A stretch of 46,628 nt of DNA from a virus, in the IMG/VR virus record IMGVR_UViG_3300034032_000007, positions 1-46,628 of that record. One strand, 5' to 3'. The translations under genes and the position numbers were made by a program. The notes under the pieces were generated by a model, which worked only from the letters and a program-made list of their open reading frames with translations, made no database searches and was not told the DNA's origin. Positions 27,181 to 35,692 of the stretch are shown here, piece by piece. The first letter of the stretch is position 1; the number at the start of each line of letters is the position of its first letter.

Positions 27181-27648
27181 ATGGCAAGAATCAAGATGGA
27201 TGCTGCTGACCGAAAGGCCAGCATCCTCGCAGCAGCGGGCAAGCTGGCAAAGAAACACGGTTCGTCCAATCTGACGCGCCGCATGATTGCTGAGGCGGCA
27301 AAGTGCAGCGAAGCACTCGTGACCGTCTATCTCGGTGACAACGCCACGGCACGCAAGGCCATCGCTGCGTACTGCAAGCGCAACAAGATCGAGGAACCGT
27401 CCAAGGAAAAGCAGGAAGCCATCGGGCTCAAGCTGCGTGCCCACGGTCCTCGTGACGCCCGCCGCGAGCGCGTGCGGACCCCTCGTGAAGTGAAAGCAAT
27501 CAGGGAGAAACGCCCCGTGCGTGAGTCCAAGCCGGCACCCGCCGCCAAACGCGAAACCAAGCCGAGCCCGGAGGCCAAGCGCAAGCCGACCGCCGCGCGC
27601 CAGCCCAAGGCACCACCCGTGCAGCAGGAACAGAGCGCCAGCCTGTAA
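27181..27648 (+). CDS. HTH DNA-binding protein (TetR-like N-terminal HTH) with Lys/Arg/Pro-rich tail
   Basis: ATG 27181 with GGAG upstream. RKASILAAAGKLAKKHGSSNLTRRMIAEAAKCSEALVTVYLG resembles a TetR-type HTH. The C-terminal 70 aa are strongly basic. Confidence 0.5.
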   Translation: MARIKMDAADRKASILAAAGKLAKKHGSSNLTRRMIAEAAKCSEALVTVYLGDNATARKAIAAYCKRNKIEEPSKEKQEAIGLKLRAHGPRDARRERVRTPREVKAIREKRPVRESKPAPAAKRETKPSPEAKRKPTAARQPKAPPVQQEQSASL

Positions 27649-27668
27649 ACAATGCTGCGCTGCACATG

Positions 27669-27708
27669 AAAGGCCGGTACTCCGTTTAGGATGCCGGCCT
27701 TTTTCTTG
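27669..27708 (+). terminator. rho-independent terminator
   Basis: AGGCCGGTA-N12-TGCCGGCCT (one G-U pair) followed by TTTTTCTTGTT. Confidence 0.8.
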
Positions 27709-27737
27709 TTGACGCCCAAATAGAATTGTGGCAATTT
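27709..27737 (+). promoter_or_regulatory. possible promoter TTGACG-N17-CAATTT with TG extended -10
   Basis: Read directly after the terminator and upstream of ATG 27764. The -10 is weak but preceded by TGn. Confidence 0.35.
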
Positions 27738-27763
27738 GATCCCACACCCAACGGAGCTACACC

Positions 27764-28171
27764 ATGAATCGCCTGCAACGCATGATCGCCCGCCTGTTCA
27801 ACATCCCCGCCATCACTGCCGAGGAATTCAGGAGCGTGGTCACCCAGGCCGGGGCCGAGCAGTTCAAGCTGGGCACGCTTGCCGCCAAGACCCACTGGCG
27901 TGTCATCCCGCTGCCCTTCAGCGCATTTGAGCTGGCCGGTGCGTCGTATGGCGAGTTCATCACGCCGCGTGGCTTCGCTTCTGATCTGGATGGTGAATGC
28001 ACGGTTCCCGCCCCGAGCGCGCACGGCTATGAGCAGCGTGCGTACTATGTGGATCGAGACATGCTGGATGGCGTGGTGCAAACCGATCTGATCTGCCATC
28101 ACCACGCCAAGTTTGACAACCCTTCCGCCAGCGAGCGCCTTGTGCCAGTCATCGTGACGGTGCTGCGGTGA
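27764..28171 (+). CDS. hypothetical protein
   Basis: 135-aa ORF with SD GGAG. Confidence 0.6.
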   Translation: MNRLQRMIARLFNIPAITAEEFRSVVTQAGAEQFKLGTLAAKTHWRVIPLPFSAFELAGASYGEFITPRGFASDLDGECTVPAPSAHGYEQRAYYVDRDMLDGVVQTDLICHHHAKFDNPSASERLVPVIVTVLR

Positions 28172-28578
28172 CCGTTGACATCCCCGCACTCGCCAAGGAC
28201 ATCCGCCGTGCTGCCCACGCTACCGCCGCGCTTGCCGCCGCCGCTCCCACCGACATCGAGCGGCACAACATCTTTGCCCGCGCCTATCAGCGTCCCACCA
28301 TTGCCGCCTACGCTGCCGCCCTTGCCGCGATTGGGTGCAGCCCCACCGTTGTTGCCGTCCTTACCGATGCGGAGCCCGCCACCGTTACCGGCTGCACCCG
28401 CGTGTGGATCGGCGACATTGAAGTCTGGAATGTCAATGATGATCCCACCGCCACCGCTGACCGCCGAGCAGCGCAAGACCCGGCAATTCGCGGAAGCCGC
28501 GACCCGTTTGCGCAAGCGTGGCCTGAGTCGCAACAGCTACCCCACCGGATTGGCATGGATCGAGGCGATACAACATGA
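28168..28578 (+). CDS. hypothetical Ala-rich protein (3-prime extent uncertain; see finding)
   Basis: GTGA overlap upstream and ATGA overlap downstream. The coding signal appears to move to the +1 frame (28430..28591) after about 28440. Confidence 0.45.
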   Translation: MTVDIPALAKDIRRAAHATAALAAAAPTDIERHNIFARAYQRPTIAAYAAALAAIGCSPTVVAVLTDAEPATVTGCTRVWIGDIEVWNVNDDPTATADRRAAQDPAIRGSRDPFAQAWPESQQLPHRIGMDRGDTT

Positions 28579-28730
28579 AGCAACTCGTTGAACTACTCAT
28601 GGTCGTGCTGATGTCGCCCGTGGTGCTGCTGGGCTATCTGTGTGGCTGGATCGGGCAGGCGTTCTACACTGGCATGGTGATGCAGCAGAAGTGGCACAAC
28701 ACACGGGAGCAAAGCGATGTCGATGAATAA
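28575..28730 (+). CDS. small membrane protein (51 aa; not in the ORF track)
   Basis: ATG 28575 with GAGG 9 nt upstream. Hand translation: MKQLVELLMVVLMSPVVLLGYLCGWIGQAFYTGMVMQQKWHNTREQSDVDE. One TM helix, with mostly G/C third positions. Confidence 0.45.
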   Translation: MKQLVELLMVVLMSPVVLLGYLCGWIGQAFYTGMVMQQKWHNTREQSDVDE

Positions 28731-29610
28731 GCGCGTGCTGGAAGTAGTGGAGAGCATCGAGGCGTGCCAGGGTGACCGCGATGCGTTGGTTGCCATCGTG
28801 CAGGAACTGATGGTGGCGACGCGGGCGGTGGAGCTGATTCCGCACCGGACGCACCGCTACGCACGCCGGCGGATAGAGAAGGAGATGGAGCCTTTCCGTG
28901 CGTTGCGGAAGGCCACACCCCCGCAGGTCGAGGACGCGCGCGGGGGCGGGGAGGCCGCGCCTGCGGATGCGCTGCTGATGCAGGCGACGCTAGCCGATCT
29001 GCTGGACGCGGCGACGGAACTGCGCGACCTCATGCAAGGCGTAATCGACGGCGACTACAAGCCCGACTCCTTCACCCTGCAACCCATCGACCACGCGATC
29101 AAGGAAGCGGCTGAACTAGCAGCAGACCCCGCACAGGAGGCCGCGCCGGATGCGTGGACCTGGGCGAAAGCGTGGAAACAGGCCGCTAAGAAATGGTGGA
29201 CGACCTATGAATTCGCGGTCGAATGCGGCAAGCAGACGACACCGGACGCGAGCAGGGGCGGGGCGGCGGTAAAAGCTGCCCGGCAACGATGGGAGGGACA
29301 GTGCGGCGCATGTCTTGATGCGGCCGTGGACTGCGTATGCGGCACCACACCCCCGCAGAAACACGGCGAGGGGGCGGCAGATGCCAACGTCGAAGCGGTG
29401 CGCACCAAGCTGCACGAACGCTCAGCCGTGGGCTTCGCCAAGTACGGTGTGACCACCGAGCGCAAAGACCTGACGCGGCTGCAATGGTTGCAGCACTTGC
29501 AAGAGGAATTGATGGACGCCGCTGTGTACATCGAGGCGTTTATCGCTCAGCCGGTGCCGGTGAGTGGCGATCTGTTTTCTAACGTGTCAGGACCGGAGCC
29601 GCGCTTGTGA
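28717..29610 (+). CDS. hypothetical protein
   Basis: 297-aa ORF; ATG 28723 is an alternative start. The C-terminal helix pair (FAKYGVTTERKDLTRLQWLQHLQEELMDAAVYIEAFI) is faintly NTP-pyrophosphohydrolase/MazG-like, but this is not secure. Confidence 0.55.
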   Translation: MSMNKRVLEVVESIEACQGDRDALVAIVQELMVATRAVELIPHRTHRYARRRIEKEMEPFRALRKATPPQVEDARGGGEAAPADALLMQATLADLLDAATELRDLMQGVIDGDYKPDSFTLQPIDHAIKEAAELAADPAQEAAPDAWTWAKAWKQAAKKWWTTYEFAVECGKQTTPDASRGGAAVKAARQRWEGQCGACLDAAVDCVCGTTPPQKHGEGAADANVEAVRTKLHERSAVGFAKYGVTTERKDLTRLQWLQHLQEELMDAAVYIEAFIAQPVPVSGDLFSNVSGPEPRL

Positions 29611-30098
29611 CCGCAGCAATTAGCCCATGTGGCAAGTACCGTTACCGCTTGGATCGCGGCCCGAAGAATGGTGGTGGGTGGTCGCGGCCGGTGTTCATCG
29701 GGGTCAACCCGTCCACGGCAGATGCAACCCAGGATGACGCCACCATCCGCAAGCTGAAGGGATTTTTGCAGCGGTGGGGCATGCAGCCGACCTTCACCAT
29801 CATCAACCTGTTCTCTTACCGGGCTACCGACGTGCGCGAGCTGGCGACGTGCGAGCATCCCAAGGGACTGGATCACGACTACTACGTCAACGAAGCCATC
29901 AACGATGCGGGCATGCTGATCCCGTGTTGGGGCGATCAGACCAAGTTGCCACTGGCGCTGCGCGGCGAGATAGACACGATGCTGCGCCGCGTGCGCAACT
30001 CCGAGAAACCCGTGTATGTGTTCGGGCGCACCAAGCTGGGTGACCCGATGCATCCGCTGATGCTTCCCTACTCAACAAACATGGTGCCCTTCAAATGA
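29607..30098 (+). CDS. DUF1643 domain protein
   Basis: CGKYRYRLDR...VFIGVNPSTADATQDDATIRK...IINLFSYRATD...PCWG...GDPMHPL follows the characteristic DUF1643 pattern. Confidence 0.75.
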   Translation: MTAAISPCGKYRYRLDRGPKNGGGWSRPVFIGVNPSTADATQDDATIRKLKGFLQRWGMQPTFTIINLFSYRATDVRELATCEHPKGLDHDYYVNEAINDAGMLIPCWGDQTKLPLALRGEIDTMLRRVRNSEKPVYVFGRTKLGDPMHPLMLPYSTNMVPFK

Positions 30099-30622
30099 AC
30101 AATCGCTCAAAGCTGTTTCGTGACACATGCGCGGTGCTGACCACTAACGACGATCAGAACGCGCTGATCGTTCTCAATCAGGCGTTGGAGGGTTCGGGCG
30201 TCGAGCTGCTACCCCAGGTCAAGGCGCGGTTGCAGGTAGCAATCGCTGCTGCGCTTAAGGTGGAGCGCATGCATGCGGCCAAGCGTGCCTATGACCCCGA
30301 TGCGTTCGTGCTGGTGGCGTCGAACTTGGCAGACAGGCACGGCTTTTCGTTGGACGCACTGCGTGCAGTGGGTTGGACGGATGACGCACTGTTGAGCCGT
30401 GGTTGGGCGTACCTTGCGTCCAAGGTCATCGAGGACTCGCCGGAACTACCCGATCCCGTGCTGCGCCCTTTGCCCATGCACCTGACCATCAACTTGCATG
30501 GCGAAAAGTTGCACATGGTGGAACACGGAAACCTGTACACCGTGGACGTTCAGGAGTCCCGCGCAAAGGATTTGCTGTGCCGCTTGCGTGATGCTATCGT
30601 CGGCGTGCCTGCCAAGGCGTAG
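30095..30622 (+). CDS. hypothetical protein
   Basis: 175-aa ORF with ATGA overlap upstream. It contains a GWTDDALL motif also present at the C-terminus of the SSB-like protein. Confidence 0.6.
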   Translation: MNNRSKLFRDTCAVLTTNDDQNALIVLNQALEGSGVELLPQVKARLQVAIAAALKVERMHAAKRAYDPDAFVLVASNLADRHGFSLDALRAVGWTDDALLSRGWAYLASKVIEDSPELPDPVLRPLPMHLTINLHGEKLHMVEHGNLYTVDVQESRAKDLLCRLRDAIVGVPAKA

Positions 30623-30642
30623 GGAAGCGGTAGCACTCCCGG

Positions 30643-30673
30643 CCCCCGTCTTGTTAGGCGGGGGTTTTTGTTT
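30643..30673 (+). terminator. rho-independent terminator
   Basis: CCCCCGTC-ttgtta-GGCGGGGG followed by TTTTTGTTT. Confidence 0.78.
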
Positions 30674-30696
30674 CACGCCTTGGCACGGAGTTCAAC

Positions 30697-31026
30697 ATGC
30701 ACTGTTCAGAATGCGGCACTCGCATGAGTGTCCCGCGCGGTATCGCTTCGACAAGTTGCCCCAGGTGCGGCGAGGTCTACTGGACCGAGACTGGCAACAA
30801 GTTCTATCCGGCGCTGCGCATGTATCCCGTCACGACTGATGGGGTTGTCAGCAAATGGATGCTCACGGGGACGCGACCCCTGATGATCGGCGAGTACGAA
30901 TGCCGATTCCGCCACACCGACCCGCATCACATCCGCCTTTGGTGGAACGGCATGCGCTTTGTCAGCCTGAAGGGTGAACCCGTGGACATGACGCACTTCC
31001 TTTCATGGCGGGGGATGTTGGCATGA
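30697..31026 (+). CDS. zinc-ribbon protein
   Basis: N-terminal CSECG...CPRCG pair. 109 aa with SD GGAG. The stop overlaps the methyltransferase start (ATGA). Confidence 0.6.
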   Translation: MHCSECGTRMSVPRGIASTSCPRCGEVYWTETGNKFYPALRMYPVTTDGVVSKWMLTGTRPLMIGEYECRFRHTDPHHIRLWWNGMRFVSLKGEPVDMTHFLSWRGMLA

Positions 31027-32318
31027 TCCAATTTGGTTCTGTGTGCAGCGGCATCGAGGCTGCATCGGTGGCGTGGAAGCCGATGGGATGGAAAGCCGCG
31101 TGGCTGTCCGAAATCGAGCCGTATCCGTCCGCACTGTTGGCACACCACTACCCGGACGTTCCCAATCTGGGGAACATGCTTGACGTTGCCGAGCTGGTAC
31201 GGCAGCGGAAAGTAAAGGCACCCGACGTGTTCACTGGTGGTACGCCCTGCCAGTCGTTTTCGTTTGCCGGTAAGCGGGGCTCATTGGGCGACGCGCGCGG
31301 CAATCTTTCCCTCGCATTCGTGGACATAGCAAATGCCATCGACGCCATCCGGGCTACCGACCTTGCCCCAGCTTCCATCGTTGTCTGGGAAAACGTCCCA
31401 GGTGTTCTCTCGACAAATGACAACGCCTTTGGCTGCTTTCTTGGCGCACTTGCCGGAAGCGGGTGTGCATTGCAGCCAGCAGGGAAGCGATGGTCAGACG
31501 CTGGTGTTGTGCATGGACCCCAGAGAACAGTCGCGTGGCGGGTATTGGATGCCCAATATTTCGGTCTGGCCCAACGTCGCAAGCGTGTGTTCGTTGTGGC
31601 AAGTGCTAGAACAGGGTTCTGTCCATTCTCGGTTCTTTTTGAGTCCGAAGGCGTGCGCCGGGATTCTGCGCCGAGCCGCGAAGCGAAAGAAAACGCTACC
31701 CGTCGAGTTAGACACGTTACTGAGGGCCGGAGCTGGCCCGCTGAAGTGACAAGCACGCTCAACGCGCACTACGGCGACAAGTGGGGTTTGGAGGATCAGC
31801 ACGCGCTTAACGGCGCGGAGCTGTTCGTGCCAGCCATCTGCGGCACGTTGACTGCGCGTGGCGTCACGTCGCTGGGTGCGCCTGAAGTTGACGGTGGCAT
31901 GTTCATCCCCGACGTAGCGCAAGCCATCACCGCGTCTATGGGCAATAGCTGCCTTGGCCACAACAAGGATGAGAACGTCATTGCATTCGACTCGCGGCAG
32001 GAGTGCATCAGTTCCAAAAATGTGTTCGGCGCGTTGGGCAGCAGTACGCCGCAGGCCCAGGCCGTGGCGCACCCAGTCATCGGCGTGCGCCGGCTCACGC
32101 CGATCGAGTGCGAGCGGTTGCAGGGGTTCGGCGACAAGTACACGGCGATTCCGTGGCGTGGCAAGCAGGCCGAGCTGGCACCGGACAGCACCCGATACAA
32201 GTCGTTGGGCAATAGCTGGCCCGTGCCAGTCGTTACGTGGATCGGATGGCGCATCCATCGCCAGCTGTACCCGTTGCCGACGTTGAGCAAGTTGCCTCAG
32301 TTGGGAGTGCCGGCATGA
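31023..32318 (+). CDS. DNA (cytosine-5)-methyltransferase
   Basis: Motif I: FGSVCSGIEA. Motif IV: GGTPCQSFS. Motif VI: ENVPG. Also RRLTPIECERLQGFGDKYT and GNSWPVPVV. Start taken at ATG 31023. Confidence 0.9.
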   Translation: MIQFGSVCSGIEAASVAWKPMGWKAAWLSEIEPYPSALLAHHYPDVPNLGNMLDVAELVRQRKVKAPDVFTGGTPCQSFSFAGKRGSLGDARGNLSLAFVDIANAIDAIRATDLAPASIVVWENVPGVLSTNDNAFGCFLGALAGSGCALQPAGKRWSDAGVVHGPQRTVAWRVLDAQYFGLAQRRKRVFVVASARTGFCPFSVLFESEGVRRDSAPSREAKENATRRVRHVTEGRSWPAEVTSTLNAHYGDKWGLEDQHALNGAELFVPAICGTLTARGVTSLGAPEVDGGMFIPDVAQAITASMGNSCLGHNKDENVIAFDSRQECISSKNVFGALGSSTPQAQAVAHPVIGVRRLTPIECERLQGFGDKYTAIPWRGKQAELAPDSTRYKSLGNSWPVPVVTWIGWRIHRQLYPLPTLSKLPQLGVPA

Positions 32319-34921
32319 GTCCGATGTTCCGCGAGTGCGTTGGGGGAATGGCTGCGATCCCGCAGTGGTTCGTATGGCGGTTGCAGTGGGATGAGCAGGA
32401 AGGGAAGTACCGCAAGATTCCGTGCGGTCACGATGGGCGTCCGCTGCCCGAGGGTGAGGGTGCATCCAACCCTACAACGTGGACTTCATTTGATGCTGCT
32501 GAGCGCGTCGTCAATGCGCTGAACGGCAACGTGGTGGAAGGTAGCCCGCTGCGCTATGCGTTGGGTTTCTGGCTGACTGCTGACAGTGGCTATTGGTTCC
32601 TTGATCTGGACAAGGCCAAGGACAACAACTTCGCGTATCAGATGGTGGGAGCCTTCAATGGTTGCTTTGTCGAGTGGTCTAGCAGTGGCAAGGGTCTGCA
32701 TGTTATCGGCCGTTATGCAGGTGCAATGCCCGCACACCGTTGCAAGCCGCCGCGTGAGATTAAGCAACAGCTTGCACCGCTTGAACTTGAGTTCTACCAC
32801 GATGGACGTGGCATTGCTTTCGGGCTATCTGGCGAAGCGGCGGGCAGTGTCGATACGCAGGCTGACATACATGCCCTTGTTGAGCGATATTTTCCGCCCC
32901 GCGAGGTAGCCGACAACGGGGCGCGCGTTGAATGGCGTGGTCCTGCTGATGATGACGTTCTGATTGAACGCATGCTCAACGCCAGGGTGAGCGCGGCGGT
33001 GACGTTCGGTGGCAAGGTGGGGCTGCCGGCGCTGTGGAAGGGTGAGTGCGAGCGCAACAGTGAACACGACATGGCGTTGGCGTCGCACCTTGCGTTCTGG
33101 ACGGGTGCCGATGCCGAGCGCATCGAGCGTCTTATGCGCCGCAGCGGACTGGTGCGTTCCAAGTGGAATGAGCGCCGGCCGGGTGGCACATACCTGACCA
33201 TGACCATCGAGCGCGCATGCGAGTCGTGCGAGAACGTCTATCAGGAACCGGAACGCAACCTGACGGTGCAGCGTGAGTTGTATGGTGCGGTGGGTGCTGT
33301 AGGTGGGGGTGAACCGTTCGTTATTCCGGGTCTTGCCACCACTGTAGTGAACAGTGAGCAGCCTCAGTTGGTGTCGCCGGAAGTGTTTGCGCGTGTCGGT
33401 GTGTTGCTCGATGCGGTGGCGGCGTGCGCTACGGAGTTGGAGTTGCACAACGTAGTGATCCCGCAGATTCAGCAGGCGGGTGTGCCCGGTGCGTTGCAGG
33501 AACGGTTGGTCAGCGCGGTAAAGAAAAAGCTGAAGTTCTGGGACAACGACATGGGCGTGGTGAAACTGCGCGGCCTGTTGTTCCCGAGTGCCATGCGTCG
33601 TGACGTTGCGGGCGAGCTGCCCGAGTGGGCGCAACCGTTCTGTTTCGTCAGCGATGGTGACTACTTCTACAACCTGCACAACGGCCAGCAACTGACGATG
33701 ATGGGCTTCCAGGCCGTCTATGGTCGGGTCATGCCGGTGACCGAGACTGGCAAGCGTGAGAACGCTGCCGAGAAATGCTTGCACTTCTGGAACATGCCGG
33801 TGGTCGAGCGCGTCGGCTATCGGCCTGACTGCGGCCCGTTCTATACGTGGGATGGGGTGAGCTACGCCAATCTGTACAGCCCGAGTTCGCTGCCACTGCT
33901 GGCAACGGAGTACACCGCCGAGGGTATCGCCGGCATCAACGCCTTCCAGTCGCACATCTGGGATATGTGCGGCCGGCGTCAGGATGTGTTCAACGCGCTG
34001 CTGTATTGGTTCGCGCACAACGTGCAGAAACCCGGCATCAAGATTCGTTGGTCGCCGCTGCTGAAGGGCGTCAACGGCGATGGCAAAACGCTGATGACCT
34101 ACGTGGTCCGTGGCGCTATGGGTCACCGCAACGTATCCACCACGAGTAACAGCAATCTCAAGAACAGCGGTGGGTTCACCGATTGGGCTGTGCGCGGTGC
34201 CGTCAACATCATTGAAGAAATCATGTTGAAGGGCGAGCAGCGCCATGCCATCTACAACGAGACAAAAGAGTTCATCACCAACAACTTCGTTGACATCAAC
34301 CCCAAGGGCAGCAAGCCGTATCAGGCGTACAACACAACGAACCACATTGCCTTGACCAACCACAATGACGCCCTGCCACTTGAAAAGACTGACCGCCGAT
34401 GGTTGGTCATCTTTACGCCGTGGGGATCACTGGACGAAGCGATGCGTTATTGCGGCGTGGATGTGGCGGGGTGGAAGGGGAGGATGGCGAGCATTGACCA
34501 TGCAGTGAATAACTGTGCGGGCGAGCTGCGCAAGTGGTTCCTGTCGATCCAGATACCGGCCGACTTCGACATCAATGAGAGCGCGTTGGAAACGCCTGAG
34601 AAGCGGCGCATGAAGGCGATGGGCCAGGACAGCGCGGAAATGGCTGCGCTCGACATCATTGAAGGCGGGGGCGTACCGGGAATTACACGGGACGTGTTCT
34701 CATCCAGCATCCTGACGCAGCAGTTGACGTGGCGAGCGGCGCAAGAGGGATTTGAAGTACCGAAAACAAGTAATTTGAACTTCATGCTCACGCGGCTGGG
34801 GTATAGCCAAGTTGAACGTGTAATTAAGTGGAACGGACGTACACACCGTGTTTGGCTCAGAAATGGCGTTGAGCTGGGCAATGAGGACATCCGGTTACGG
34901 CTTGATCAGCCTGTAACCTGA
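32315..34921 (+). CDS. bifunctional primase-polymerase (AEP) / SF3 (D5-like) helicase
   Basis: ATGA overlap with the methyltransferase gene. AEP motifs: FLDLDKA and SSSGKGLHVIG. Helix-bundle motif: DMALASHLAFWTGADAERIERLMRRSGLVRSKWNE. Walker A: GVNGDGKT. Confidence 0.85.
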   Translation: MSPMFRECVGGMAAIPQWFVWRLQWDEQEGKYRKIPCGHDGRPLPEGEGASNPTTWTSFDAAERVVNALNGNVVEGSPLRYALGFWLTADSGYWFLDLDKAKDNNFAYQMVGAFNGCFVEWSSSGKGLHVIGRYAGAMPAHRCKPPREIKQQLAPLELEFYHDGRGIAFGLSGEAAGSVDTQADIHALVERYFPPREVADNGARVEWRGPADDDVLIERMLNARVSAAVTFGGKVGLPALWKGECERNSEHDMALASHLAFWTGADAERIERLMRRSGLVRSKWNERRPGGTYLTMTIERACESCENVYQEPERNLTVQRELYGAVGAVGGGEPFVIPGLATTVVNSEQPQLVSPEVFARVGVLLDAVAACATELELHNVVIPQIQQAGVPGALQERLVSAVKKKLKFWDNDMGVVKLRGLLFPSAMRRDVAGELPEWAQPFCFVSDGDYFYNLHNGQQLTMMGFQAVYGRVMPVTETGKRENAAEKCLHFWNMPVVERVGYRPDCGPFYTWDGVSYANLYSPSSLPLLATEYTAEGIAGINAFQSHIWDMCGRRQDVFNALLYWFAHNVQKPGIKIRWSPLLKGVNGDGKTLMTYVVRGAMGHRNVSTTSNSNLKNSGGFTDWAVRGAVNIIEEIMLKGEQRHAIYNETKEFITNNFVDINPKGSKPYQAYNTTNHIALTNHNDALPLEKTDRRWLVIFTPWGSLDEAMRYCGVDVAGWKGRMASIDHAVNNCAGELRKWFLSIQIPADFDINESALETPEKRRMKAMGQDSAEMAALDIIEGGGVPGITRDVFSSSILTQQLTWRAAQEGFEVPKTSNLNFMLTRLGYSQVERVIKWNGRTHRVWLRNGVELGNEDIRLRLDQPVT

Positions 34922-35150
34922 GCTTGTAACCGGCTAAAACCCTTATTCTACAAGGTTCTATACTCTCTAAGTTACAAGTTATAAGTATATAGAGAAAAGC
35001 AGTCAGCCATTCCAGAAATGGCATGTTCTGAATTCTGGGCCGGCTGACCCGAGCGTGGCTGTAACCCTGAAACCCGACCCCTATTTCCTGTTTAGAATCA
35101 ATGGCTTAGGTGGGTTTTTCGGGTCGTAACCCATAACCCCTGTAATTACA
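34912..35150. repeat. AT-rich intergenic region with repeated GTAACC...AACCC motifs and short palindromes
   Basis: GTAACC occurs at 34913, 34926, 35061 and 35126. Three copies extend as GTAACC-N3-5-AA(A)CCC-N..-TATT. Palindromes: GCCATT-N5-AATGGC (35006-35022) and TGTAATTACA (35141-35150). Confidence 0.6.
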
Positions 35151-35169
35151 TAATTTAAGGAGCGTCATC

Positions 35170-35670
35170 ATGTTTATCGCAGCCGGTCACTCAAATAGCG
35201 ACCCTGGGGCGTACGCTTACGGACGTAGGGAAGCGGACATCGCTGTCGAGTTCAGGAACATGGTTTCGTTCTATCTCGCACAGAGCAACGTCAAGCACGA
35301 GGTTGACGGGAAGGAAACCGAGAACATGCCGCTGAGCGTTGCAGCCAAGCGAGCCCGGTTGCACAAGGTCAGCGTCGAGTTCCATTGCAACGCATCGAGC
35401 AACGTCACGGCGACCGGCGTGGAAGTGCTGTGCGCACCCAAGGACAACAAGCGTGCTGCCGCCATCTGCGAAGCGATCAGCAAGGCGCTGGGCATCCGCA
35501 ACCGGGGAGTCAAGCCAGAGAATTCAGGGCAGCATCATCGGCTGGCGTTCATCCAGTCGGGCGGCATGATCGTGGAGCTGTTTTTCATTACCAACCGGAG
35601 TGACCTGATAGCGTATGACGCACGCAAGTGGGTGGCCGCGCGCGAGGTCGCCCGATGCCTGCTAGACTGA
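35170..35670 (+). CDS. endolysin, N-acetylmuramoyl-L-alanine amidase (Amidase_3-like)
   Basis: SD AAGGAG. Pattern AAGHSNSDPGA...E...FHCNA...GVEV...VELFFITN is typical of zinc amidase_3 enzymes. It is the first gene of the lysis cassette. Confidence 0.8.
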   Translation: MFIAAGHSNSDPGAYAYGRREADIAVEFRNMVSFYLAQSNVKHEVDGKETENMPLSVAAKRARLHKVSVEFHCNASSNVTATGVEVLCAPKDNKRAAAICEAISKALGIRNRGVKPENSGQHHRLAFIQSGGMIVELFFITNRSDLIAYDARKWVAAREVARCLLD

Positions 35671-35692
35671 ACCTGAACGGAGCGGGAAGCCT

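Noticed and set aside
24055-27740. Recurrent GTGGCA(A) heptamer near several promoters (24055, 24123, 27134, 27729 and 17496 on the minus strand) as a shared operator.
   Set aside because: The same heptamer also occurs repeatedly inside coding regions (for example 40700, 42731, 39816, 9578). Its expected chance frequency in 46 kb is several copies. Spacing relative to the -10/-35 elements is inconsistent. Only the true palindrome at 24055-24070 is kept.
28099-28533. Gly-rich minus-strand ORF (144 aa), and the Pro-rich first half of + frame 28175..28591.
   Set aside because: Both are frame-shifted readings of the GCC/GCG-rich Ala-coding stretch of 28168..28578 (GCC read as CCG for Pro, or as GGC for Gly on the opposite strand). 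Only the last ~53 codons of the + frame look protein-like; see the finding.
30676-30696. Sigma-54-like TGGCAC element upstream of the zinc-ribbon gene, and TGGCACG at 24056.
   Set aside because: The downstream GC element (TTGC) at the required N5 spacing is absent in both cases. The first site is only ~15 nt from the start codon and overlaps the SD.
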